From NCBI RefSeq assembly GCF_026571515.1, contig NW_026867377.1, forward strand, positions 248,001-312,000: a DNA stretch of 64,000 nucleotides. Direction: 5' to 3'. The number at the start of each line of letters is the position of its first letter. The first letter of the stretch is position 1. This stretch comes from Ruditapes philippinarum. Lineage: Eukaryota. The notes under the pieces are model-generated. The model was not told where the DNA came from. It did no database searches and saw only the letters and a program-made list of their open reading frames with translations. Positions 13,305 to 25,510 of the stretch are shown one piece after another. The position numbers and the translations under genes are program-made.

Positions 13305-15938
13305 CTTTCATGAAATTACATTTATCATTTGTTGTTTATAAATCCATCTATCTTTGCATTCTAAAATCCTTTAGGGAATTTAAGGTCTAAAAATTCAAAT
13401 TGTATGATGATAATTTATTCCTGTCATGTCTCCGTGGGATGTTTCCACTTCAAATTCACAATAAAGTCCATATTATCATATTATCCATATTAATATGTAA
13501 ACATCTCAGTACATTATCTTTAAACCAACTATTTATCCGCTTATGGCAATTAGTTAGGGTTTTAAACTTTAATTTTATCAGTAAAATGTAGAAAACTAAT
13601 TCGAAGTTTAAGCTTCAATCTTACTATAGCTTTACAAAGATAAATATTCCATCAGCATCAACAATCCTGAATATAAACGTGATCTTCACCGACTGAAATT
13701 CAGAACGAAAATATAAACATGCCCTGATTTCATCTTTATTACACTCGTTATTTCGATACGATTTAATTAAACTCAAGTGTTTCCGCCCTCTCCGTATAAA
13801 ATACTAATATTTCCTGCAATCAGAGATATCTCATTTCAGCTTCTGGTGAGTTCTCTATTTCTCCAATATTGCATCTCATTTAAACCAACTCGCCCTTTAT
13901 TAGAAGTACCGCGATTAACATAATACTGTCCGCCTTTACAAGAAACAAAAATCTGTTAAATCTTCCTAATAATGCATTGTTTTACTTGTTTTTAATCCTT
14001 TTTTTGCTAAAGTAAAGAAAAACATAATCCATGAAGAACGCAAAAGAACTGTTGAAAATGTTGCAGGCTCAGTTTGATTGAGCCTGTTCACAGAAGGAAG
14101 TGTAAAATGCAAGCTGCCGACCACGCCCTCTAGCTTAAGCAAAATTCAACATTTGAACATTAGGTTATAGTAAGTACTGTTGTCTATATAAATATATCAA
14201 TTAATTAAGCCTTGATCAAACAAAATTATATCACTATTGAAAATGTTTCTTCTGACCTTTTCAGAGAGAAGTAAGTTCAACTGCCATTTTAATCAATGCA
14301 AAGCAAAAATAAGTCCAAGTGAAGGATATATAGAATGTTAACACAAAGTATCTTAATTTAATGTGGGTCTTTTTAATATCTATCAACATTATACTTGAAA
14401 CAAACGATCATATTTTGATGCACTTAACGTCTCCTTTGTAGCATATCAGTAACAATAACGTTTGGTTACTACTTTGAAATGTAATACATATGTCATTTAC
14501 CTGATTCATTTATTTTTTCATAAAAAAGTTCATGTTCCATCATTATATCAAAGGATATCAAATGAATAGCTTTGAATTACAGCTACAATATGAAAGTGTT
14601 TTGTACTAGAAATTGCAGTACATACTTTTTTGTTTTACATTGCAAGTATTTTACAACAAAAATGTACTTATTCTATCAACAAACATTATATTTGTATTTA
14701 TATTGAGGATGAAGCACATGCATTTTTTTTCGAAAAAAAAATAATATATGTAATTACTGGTAAAACGGTAGCCTGAATGTATATTTACTAAGATACACTA
14801 TTTATTCGGTTTTGATCATTTCCAATATCAATAATTCTTGGCGTTTAAATAAATGGTAATTAATTTTGTTTCAATTAAACGCATATGATTAATTCATGTC
14901 GAATATTAAAACTTCGTAATTCAACTTTTACAATAAAATCATATTATAGCATATTATATTTTATTATGCTTAGCATTGTGGTTTTCTTAATAAGTTGTCA
15001 CATACTGTTATAAATGCGGTGTAAAACTATGAAATTCGGTCAAGATGGTATATATAGTAATAAATGAACGCTAGAATAGGGTCAATATTTATTTATAAAG
15101 TGCATACCTTATAGGTAGTAATATATTCACATTAATTTGATGAATTTATAATGTACATGTAGTTTGTTTGCAAATGGTTTTTGTATGTTTTAAGTCATTC
15201 ATTTTACAGCCGTAATAAAACATAAAATAATATGCACAACAGATGTAAATATGGAATCTCATCTTCTTATAAAATGTTTTCTTTATATACACATTGATAA
15301 TATCATTTGATTATCAGTATGCTACTTCAGGGAGACCACTCATACCAGTTTAAAGTAAAATAATGAATGCAGTTATGTCCCGTGATATCAGAAAGTCGTC
15401 ATACGTACCATTGAAAGTCAAAATACAGGCCAAAATTTATCTATACAACAAATAATATTACAAATAGTATAACAATTGTTTGAACACATTTGGTAGTAAA
15501 GTTTTCGGTAAGGCACACGTGTTTGTAAGATCACTTTGTTCAATCAACATGTTCATGTCATTGTTCGCCATCACGTACGTTATGCATAGCCATCTGATTA
15601 TTACCCTTTTCACCTCGTCTCTATAATATCATAATGATTCTATAACTGACAATGTTGATAAATTAAGAGCGCTCAAGACGGTGCCGGGGAGGGTACGCAT
15701 CCAACGTGCATGTATATGTATGATTCTTGTCAAAAATCACTTCAACAATATCAATTGGTTCTATGTGTTACTGTATAATTACAGTAAGCTTCTAGATGAT
15801 CTCGACCTGAATTCAAACCCCTTGTCTTCCTTACTGACAGAGACTGGAGAGCCTATAAATATAGAGTTAGCTTGTGGCAGTTGAATTGTAACACCATTTT
15901 CACTCTTTCACTCTTTTACATCTTATTTCTTGTCTCGG

Positions 15939-18900
15939 CTACATTGCATACCCTCCGACGACTTGTTTCCGTTTAGGGGCGTGGAAAGCCAAGGCAGAAC
16001 ATACAAAGGTAACGCCTACAGCTGCACACGTCATGTAGAAACACCAAGATAATGAACAATCACCTGAAATTAAGCACACACGCAATAAAATGAACGGTAG
16101 ACAAGTCAAATATGGTTTGACTATCTGGATGCAAATAATGTGAACTTGAAATACCCCTAATCGATTTATATAAGATTTTGATATGATTTTGTAAAAGGCA
16201 CGAGTGTGCCAAGATTAACCTGACATTTTAGAAGTTGCCTGTGCATTTTCATAATATGAAAAGGAAAACAATGAATGTTACAAACAATATTCATACCAAG
16301 ATCATTACTAAATTGCTACAATACACGTAATCTGATTGAAGCGTAATAATAAGAATGCTTATTTGAAAAGAAGTGTAGTTATATTTATTTGTAAACGTTA
16401 TTCTGTTTTTAAGACAACTTTTTAATTTCAAACAAAAATGATTATAGAAAAAAAAGTCATACATTTTTTTTCTTTTGGCATGAATAACAATTTCGTTCAA
16501 TTAAACTGTAGTGTCCGTGTATTACCTAAATGGTAAGAACTGGAAGTATTTCCGCAAGCTTGCTGTATCTCCGGACTTCCGAAACCATTTGGATAGATAC
16601 CCACTCCAGCGGTAAGTAATAAACCTGAAGTAAATAACACACAGAAAAGAAATGTTAAAAAAATGTGTTACTTTGCGTTATTTTTTTTTTTAATTTATTG
16701 AGACGTTGTTTATCTTCTTAATTTAAATGCCGTTACGGACAATTCATTCTTTTAACTTGAAATGTCAAATCGTAAAATTGCTCATGATATACCTACCTAC
16801 ATTTATGATAAATATTCTTATTTGTAATAATTTCGTTACGTTCTTTATGACAAATTGTAACATCATTTTATAATGTATCTATTATCAACAATCCAGCCAC
16901 AGTGGTTGACAATTCCATTGTTATTTACGCAAGCCTTTCGCTGCCGTTATTGTTGAAATGCCTGTAATTACTTTTTTCTATTATATCACTGTTACTCTTT
17001 CACAAGTATCTTTTAGCAATGTATAATCACCGCGTATAATGGTAAAAATCCGTTTTTATTACATAATGTTCTAGATTATATAAAATGACAAGAGGTTTCT
17101 TCCTTATGATTAATAGTTACTCTTGTCTTTGATAATTCTAATAATATCATGGAATAACAGTGTAACTGTTTTTATTGCTTTGTGTGCTTTTTAGCCAGTC
17201 ATTCATTTCCAGACATTATCTTAGAACGTCGCGTCAGGCTACAAAATAGAGGATATTGAATGAGTGTAGGTTTAATACTAAATTTATTGAACGAGTTGAA
17301 TAAAATCATATTATGCGAGCATCTGGCGAGCATAATTTTGTTTTATTCAACGAGTTCAATAAATTTAGTATTGAATCTACACGAATATAATATTCTATTT
17401 ATCACATATATAAAATGAGAACGGTAAACAAGAGTCATTTTTCTTTGACGCGCCTATAGTGTAACGCTAACATTAGCGCGCTTTAACGCTATGTTTATAG
17501 TGCAAATAACGTGACGTCAAAGTGTTATTACACTAGTGTAATATCGTCTAGTGTAATATCGTTTTTATTAAATGGCTTTATTACACTCCTGCGCCGCGGT
17601 TTATGTGATAAACAGATTTATTTCTTGGGACATTCAATTTGAATATTTTCAGTTGATACAGAATTACGTGTGTGTTTTTTAGCATAAAATCTCAAATGAC
17701 TCTTTGTCAATAATAATCTCTGTAGACACAATATACTGCAAAGAGGACCTCTTATTTTAATGAAATCCTACCTTGTCTATTAAACATATAAAAAAATATC
17801 AGTCCGTAAAAAGATAGCAGTATATAATGCCTAATATAGGAACGGAATTCTGTTTGATATTAAAGTCAACCGTTTGCATGCAAAACAGCTATTTTCATTT
17901 ATTTATAAATCAATGATCTATGATTTATTATTATTTAAACTACTATTAACTAAATGAATCAATATCTGAAACAAATTTCATCTTGTATCTCATACACAAG
18001 AAAGTTATATTGGAACATGAATGAGATGTACGCAGATGTTTATATCATAATAAGTTGTACATAAAATCAACAAAATATTCTCATGTTTATCAAATTACAA
18101 ATTTCGATATTTACTGCAGTAAACTCATGTTCTCAATAAGATCCACGAGAGTTTAGTAAATAACAAACAATGTATATAAATGATTACATTAAAATTGTGA
18201 TAAATAACGATTTATGGCAGATAAACGAGATAAATTAGTCGCAGACGAGAAATAAAATCCTACTTAAGATAAAGTTTGTAGCGGTAGCATAACAACGGTT
18301 AGTGTAACCTGGTAGCTAAATGTCAGAGTGCGTGTAATCAAGCAGCAAATGTTGTTGACATTTTGACAGATGTCAGATAAAAAGTCATTTAGTATAGAAA
18401 CATAAGTGGAAAGGTTAAGTAGATATACTTTAAAAATGAATGCTACACACTACATGTATGTTTCCATGTTGAAATTCCTACCAGATTTGTTACCAGTTAA
18501 AATCAAACATGAAATGAAAGTTCAGTTTAATAATTATTTTATCTGCAAAGTTAGCAGATGGAATTTATACCTGAACACAACTGTAGTATTCCCGCCGTTC
18601 GTGCTACCGTCGGGATGACGACACCCTTGACACAAACACCAAACATAGCAGTTAGTGAGACAAGAAGGCACAAACAACATGCTAGTCCAATTACAAGAGT
18701 GGCTATCTGCCACGACGTGCTTGGAATGTCCGTGAAAGTCTTGTATCGTCCACATTCATGAACTATTTCAATTTGTCCATCGTCATTTATTGCCGGGTAG
18801 TTACACCGACGAAATATTCCAAAACTTACGGGAACAGTTTGTCCTGATTTTCCGTTGTTCTGAATAAACATTTGTCCAGTTATCCAGTAAGGCATAAAAT

Positions 18901-18976
18901 ACCCGACACACAAAGCCACAGACGAAATAAAGGACGAAAATGCCCAAATCACTCCGATTCCAGAAAGCCCGGACAT
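15939..18976 (-). CDS. LHFPL6: LHFPL6-like copy B; exons 18976-18571, 16624-16526, 16063-15939; 209 aa
   Basis: Same exon sizes and phases as copy A. Exon 2 GLLLTAGVGIYPNGFGSPEIQQACGNTSSSYHLG. Exon 3 ends KRKQVVGGYAM*. Canonical splice sites. Confidence 0.93.
17246..17611. mobile_element. Non-autonomous hairpin-ended element (Crypton-like by inference) inserted in intron 1 of copy B
   Basis: Absent from the aligned position in copy A (~11905-11915). ~120-bp hairpin at 17264-17382. Inverted pair tttatcacata (~17398) and tatgtgataaa (~17602). No clear TSD. Confidence 0.75.
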
Positions 18977-21724
18977 CTTTAATAAAAAAAATGAAATTTA
19001 TCACTCGTGGTTTATTAATTCATTTATCTTTGCATTCTTAAATCCGTTAGGGAATTTAAGGTCTAAAAATTCAAATTGTATGATGATTATTTATTCCTGT
19101 CATGTCTCCGTGTGATGTTTCCACTTTAAATTCACAATAAAGTCCAAATTATCCATATTAATTTGTAAAACTCTCAGTACATTATCTTTAAACCAACTAT
19201 TTATCCGCTTTGGGCAATTAGTTTGGGTATTAAACTTTAATTTATCAGTAAAATGTAGAAAACTAATACGAAGTTTAAGCTTCAGTGTTACGATAGCTTT
19301 TCAAAAATAAATATTCCATCAGCATCAACAATCCTGAATATAAACGTGATCTTCATCGACTGAAATTCAGAACGAAATAAAATAAGTATGCCCTGATTTC
19401 ATCTTTATTACAGCCATTATTTCGATACGATTTAATTAAACTCAAGTGTTTCCGCCCTCTCTGTATAAAATACTAATATTTCCTGCAATCAGAGATATCT
19501 CATTTCAGCTTCTGGGGAGTTTTCTATTTCTCCAATATCGCATCTAATTTAAACCAATTCGCCCTTTATTAGAAATACGGCGATTCACATAATACTGTCC
19601 GCCTTTACAAGAAACAAAAATCTGTTAAATATTCCTAATTTTACTGCATTATTTACTCGCTTTTATCCGTATTTGCTAAAGTAAAGAAAAACATAATCAA
19701 TGAAGAACGCAAAAGAACTGTTGAAAATGTTGCATGCTCATTTTGATTGAGCCTGTTCACAGACGGAAGTGTTAAATTCAAGCTGCCGACCACGCCCTCT
19801 AGCACCGGCTTAAGCAAAATTCAACATTTGAACATTTGGTTATAGTAAGTACTGCTATTTATATGAATATATCAATTAATTAGGCCATGGTCAAACAATA
19901 GTATTTTTCTACTAAAAATGTTTCTCCTGACCTTTTCAGAGAGAAGTAAGTTCAACTGCCGTTTTAAATCAAATAACTGCCATTTTAATCAATGCAAAGC
20001 AAAAATAAGTTCAAGTGAAGGATACATGGAATGTTAACACAAAGTATCTTTCTTTAATGTGGGTCTTTTTTATCTATCAACATTATACTTGAAACAAACG
20101 ATCATATTTTGATGCATTTAACGTCTCCTTTGTAACATATCAGTAACAATAAAGGTTGGTCACTACTTTGAAATGTAATACATATGTCATTAACCTGATT
20201 TTTTTTCCGAAAAAATGTTTATTTCCCCTCTTTATATCAAAGGGTATATAAATAAATACCTTTGAATTATAGGTACATAGGAGTTTTGTACTAGAAATTA
20301 CAGTACTTATTTGTTACATTGTAAGAATTCTACAATAAAAATGTACGAACAACAAACATCATATCTGTATTTATATCGAGAATGAAGCACATGCATTTTT
20401 TTTCGAAAAAATAAATGAATCCGCCGGAGTATATGTAATTACTGGTAAAACGGTAGCCTCATACATTTTTATAAATATATGTTTACTAAGATATGTTTAC
20501 ATGTTTACTAAGATTTTTTTACAAAGATTCACTATTTATTCAGTTTTGAACAAATCCAATTTCAATTATTCTTGACGATTTAATTAATAATTTGAAATGG
20601 TAATTAATTTTGTTTCAATTAAATGCATATGATTAATTCATGTCGAATATTAAAACTTCGTGGTTCAATTTTACTACTTTTATCTAGAGCGTATACAACA
20701 ATTTGTTATATTTTAGCATATTATATTATATTATGCATAGCAATGTGGTTTTCTTAATAAGGTGTCACATACTGTTATAAATGTGGTATAAAACTATGAA
20801 ATTCGGTCAAGGTTGTATATGAATTAATAAATGAACGCTAGAATAGGGTCAATATTCATTTAAATAGGGTTTACCTTATAGGTTGTAATATATTCACATT
20901 AATTTGATAAATTTATAATGAAATTTGTTTTCATTTTTTTTTTGATGTTTTAGTCATTATATATTTATAATAATTTGTTAATAAATCACATTAAGAAAAG
21001 AAAAATACTTTAAATCAAATAAGAGAAGTCACACCCGGTTATCACAGTTAGGAATACGCCATATCTAAAACCTAGAATTTCGTGTTCTAGGCGGTCAGGA
21101 GTTTATTCAAGATGACACAATTTAAGGTGATATGTTCCGTCTTTGAGATATATTTATATAAGTAGTTACAATTTATCTCTTTTCGCGTCACCTTCATGTA
21201 AACTAAATTAGACACTTATTCAATATTTAGCCATACCAAATGTTATGATGATTCACTTGAAGAATATTTGTTATCCCATTCTTTATAATATATGAGACTG
21301 CACTATGGTATTATCTTCATAACTCTTGATAATTTTGAAAAATTCTCCTCAGTGGATCACAAATATATCCATGTAAATGTTAATCGTTTTTTGGCCGTCT
21401 GTCTTGCACAAAATGTACTAGAAAGACACTGCCCAACATACAATAACATTATTGCACGCAAGATTATATATCACAAAAGAGTATAATATCAGATATCTCA
21501 AAAAAGTATTATCCTTGTCATATACTGCACCAATAGACTGACGGTGTTGGGTATTCAACAATTAGCATTCTTGTGGTTCTCGAAACATTGGCCGAAATTT
21601 AAACCCAGATCCTCTTAACTGACATGAACTGGGCCACCAACATAGAGTTTGCTATTGCATGTGGCTGGAGTTTGAGCGCCATTTTTATAAAATAATTTAT
21701 AAAAAGTAGTTATCCATGTCTATG

Positions 21725-24700
21725 CTACATTGCATGTCCTCTCACGATTTGTTTCCGTTTCGGTGCGTGGTAAGCGAGAGCTGAACAAACAAAAGTAACG
21801 CCCACACCTGCACACGTGATGTATAAACACCAAGATAACGAACAGTTACCTGAAATAAAGACGGCACGTAATAAACATAAAACCAGGAAATCATAATAAA
21901 TTATCGTTTGACAATTCAAATACAAAACAACATCAATTTGGAATAATGATAACATTTTAATAAATATCAGGTAAATAGCTGGTTGTTTTTGTGTTAAATA
22001 TGAAGCTGTACTGATGAAGTAAAGTCTTGAGTACACTTTTGTACAAAATGTAAGGCACGAGATGGTTGTATGGTATAACCATTTTATCTTTCGGAAGCTG
22101 GTTGGTTGTCTTCCTTATACGAAAAAAGACACGCCCCTGATAGAACGCCTACCTACATTGCAACCATTTTGTTACGAATAACCGTGGAGACTTATAATTG
22201 TGATTTAATATCAGTATCATTATAATTTAATAGTTCGTATGTTATATCAGATTGCAGAAAAGTTACATGTATTTTAAATACAAATTCAATAATTTCATTA
22301 CGACTTACAAATTACAAATAAAAAGAATACATCAAATACAATATACATAAAATATATTGTAAATATTTTACAAACTAAACCGTTGTTGTCTGTATAGGCC
22401 TATTACCTAAATGGTAAGATTTTGATTTATTCCCACAAGCTTGCTGTACCTCCAGACTTCCAAAACCATTTGGATAAATCGCAACCGCTGTTGTCAGTAA
22501 TAAGCCTGAAGTAAATAGAAAACACAAATTTTAAATAATCATACATTCTGTTATAATATGTTTACTGTGTAAATAAATATTTATGTAGGGGCGTTCGTGG
22601 CCGAGTGGTTAATATCGTTGTTGACTTTAAACCTCTTGTGCAACATCGTGTGGGTTCGAATCCCCGACAGGGACTTTGGATTCTTTCTATCAAACTAGCT
22701 TACAGAACATCGATGGTTCTACTCAGGTGCCAGTTCGTGCCTGAAATTATGCATCTATTAATAAATTCATTTTATCATTAGCACAAAAAACAAAATAACA
22801 AAAACACAACTCTTTAAGTGGTTTATTACTAATATATATATGTTCATTATGTTTTTTTATCAGTATGGAATTTTTTATTCAGTTGCGATCAAGCTAGAAC
22901 AGAAGCATGTTCAGGTCAAGCTTATTTTTCTTTAACACTCAAGATTGTAAATTGTCAATTTGACTGAAGCGGAAATTACAATCACACAAGAAACCCAATA
23001 TTTATACTTGTATCTTTTATAATTCTTTGTCATGTTTGTTTCCATGGTAACGTTATAATTAGTATTCATACAGCACTGAAAACGACAGACATAGACCGTT
23101 GGTAATTATAATGCAAATGTAACAGAAGTTAGAGAGAACAATAATGAATACAATTCTACAAAGTGCAATCTACTTAGAGCTGGAGCCAGTTGTTTGTAAA
23201 CAATAAAGTAACTTTGTATGTGTTTAGTTTAAAGCGTCAAATACAGGCTATCACTTTTATTCAAGAAAAAGAATTATATTTAAATACAAATTGAACTATT
23301 CCGCAATAAATATCAGAAAGTCAAATGAATATGTCCTAGAAGAATTGAAAACGTTATAATTAATGCGTTGATAGAACAAATAGTTTGTACGGATTATTTA
23401 CAAACATACCGATTGTCCCCGAGTTATTTTAAGGATATAACTACGTGCACTAGCTGAAGAAGGCCGAAATTTACATTACATGACTTAAGTCTGAAATGAT
23501 TCTTCGCCTAAGAAAATATACATATACGATATATCTCGTTTAAAATTATCTACAAAAGTTGTTTTGGCAAATATTTGAGCAGTGTCTTATCTTGTCGAAA
23601 AGATAACTTCCATTTTATCTGATTAAACTTAATATGTGATTCCTTATTGTAATCGTTCAACAATTTCTCTGGATGAAATCTCTTGTTCTTATCAAATTTA
23701 AGGTAGTTCATCTTCATCTCTTCGGCTTAAATTCTGTGGAAATTACACGGGGGTAAATAATCACCACTTTGTGCTTCTGAATTAAACCTTAAAGTGCATG
23801 ACTGGTGACATGTCCGGGGTCCGGGGTCCGTGTCCGATAGCGAAAGCTTCTTAGCAGACAGATTGACCCGCAATAAGCCCAACTATTTCGGTAATAAGAA
23901 AAATAAAAAAGGTTTTACGTCACAAATTTTCCGAATTAATATCTTATAATTAAAAATTATAAATAGACAATTATCTTATATCATTTATTTGTTTTTCGAC
24001 AATTTCTGCTACAGTTTACATTATAAAACTTTACATAAAGTTTTTGATATATATATAACGACATTTTGCAGATAACCATTTAAATATGTAGCATATTAGA
24101 ATAATTTAGGAGATCAAGTTTGTAGCGACAGCATAACAACAATATGCGTAACCTGGTACCTCAACATCAGGTTCGTGTAGTCAAGCGGCAAAAGTTGTTA
24201 ATATCTTGATAGATGTCAGTTAAAAAGTCATTTCAAATAGGAACATAATCGCAAAAGTTAACTTAAAATGAATGCTCATCAAAGCATGTTTAATTCTTTG
24301 CTGTAAATTGTATGCCTATTTATGCAAGATTTGTTAGCAGTTAAAGTAGTACATGATTGAATAAATAAATATTTATAACTGTCAATATAATATATACCTG
24401 AACATAACTGAAGTATTCCCGCCGTCCGTGCTACCGTCGGGATGACGACACCTTTGACACAAACACCAAACATAGCAGTTAGTGAGACAAGAAGGCACAA
24501 ACAACACGCTAGTCCAATTATAAGAGTTGCTATCTGCCACGACGTGCTTGGAATGTCCGTGAAAGTTTTGTATCGTCCACATTCATGAACTATTTCAAGT
24601 TGTCCTTTGTCATTTATTGTCGGGTAGTTACATCGACGAAATATTCCAAAACTTACGGGAACAGTTTGTCCTGATTTTCCGTTGTTCTGAATAAAAATTT

Positions 24701-24803
24701 GTCCAGTTATCCAGTATGGCATAAAATATCCGACACACAAAGTCACAGACGAGATAAAGGACGAAAATGCCCAAAACACTCCTATTCCAGAAAGCCCAGA
24801 CAT
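21725..24803 (-). CDS. LHFPL6: LHFPL6-like copy C; exons 24803-24398, 22505-22407, 21849-21725; 209 aa
   Basis: Exons 406/99/125 nt, GT-AG. Exon 2 GLLLTTAVAIYPNGFGSLEVQQACGNKSKSYHLG. Exon 3 NCSLSWCLYITCAGVGVTFVCSALAYHAPKRKQIVRGHAM*. Confidence 0.93.
22588..22753 (+). mobile_element. tRNA-derived SINE, 3'-truncated, in intron 1 of copy C
   Basis: Pol III box A TGGCCGAGTGG (22598-22608) and box B GGTTCGAATCC (22653-22663). The following body (gggactttggattctttc...ggttctactcaggtgcc) is shared with the copy at 48241-48440. Confidence 0.85.
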
Positions 24804-25263
24804 CTTTCATCAGATACTATCTTACAATAATCAAATATGGTTAATTAATCTATTTATCTTTACATAGAGAAATCAGGGTCGATAAATTTAAAGGTATGAT
24901 GATAATTTATCCCTGTCAGGTCTCCATGTGTTATTTCCACTTAAAATTAACAATAAGATCCATATATTCATATCATCCATATAGATCTGTTAAACTCTCA
25001 GTACATTATCTTTAAAACCAACTATTTATCCGCTTTGGATCATTAGTTAGGGTTTAATTTCTTTAATCTAAAGTTTTGTAAATAACAAATTTTTATTAGG
25101 TAAAATGTAGCGATATTAGCTTGTAAAACTAATACGAACAATCTTAAATCATCTGTACAAAAATAATTATTCAATCAGCTCATCAATCCTTCAAGAATGT
25201 TAACGTGATCTTCATTGGCTCAAAGTAGGAACGAAATAAAACAGCATGCCCTGATTTAATCTA

Positions 25264-25397
25264 TATTACAGCCATTATTTCGATACGATTTAATTAAACT
25301 CAAGTGTTTCCGCCCTCTCCGTATAAAATACTAATATTTCCTGCAATCAGAGATATCTCATTTCAGCTTCTGGGGAGTTTTCTATTTCTCCAATATC
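25264..25397 (-). promoter_or_regulatory. Putative promoter/regulatory block conserved upstream of LHFPL6 copies A-C (homologues ~13748-13869 and 19406-19539)
   Basis: 134 bp with one difference between B and C while the flanks are clearly diverged. Contains CCAAT, GGGCGG, TCAAGTG and TTAATTAA motifs ~460-600 bp upstream of the ATG. Confidence 0.45.
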
Positions 25398-25510
25398 CTG
25401 CTTTATCCCTACCAATCCGCCTTGAACAAGAGATATGGCCATTTTTAATCCATTTCTCTCCATTACTGTGGTTTAATGCGTTTCAGCTAAAATATTAACG
25501 ATATAAAAGG

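Larger units (their letters stand above)
9122..20960. repeat. Tandem segmental duplication, two ~6-kb units (~9122-15206 and ~15207-20960), each carrying one LHFPL6-like gene
   Basis: Both units start cagccgt(g/a)ataaaacataaaataatatgca and are colinear through 3' UTR, introns, exons and upstream DNA. Both end ...gtttt(a)agtcatt. Confidence 0.9.

Noticed and set aside
22588-22670. Possible tRNA gene
   Set aside because: It has A/B boxes but no clean cloverleaf and runs into a body shared with other SINE copies, so it is a SINE head.
23810-23900. (GTCCGGG)-like microsatellite next to a GC-richer patch, possible end of another HINE
   Set aside because: The other terminus could not be identified.
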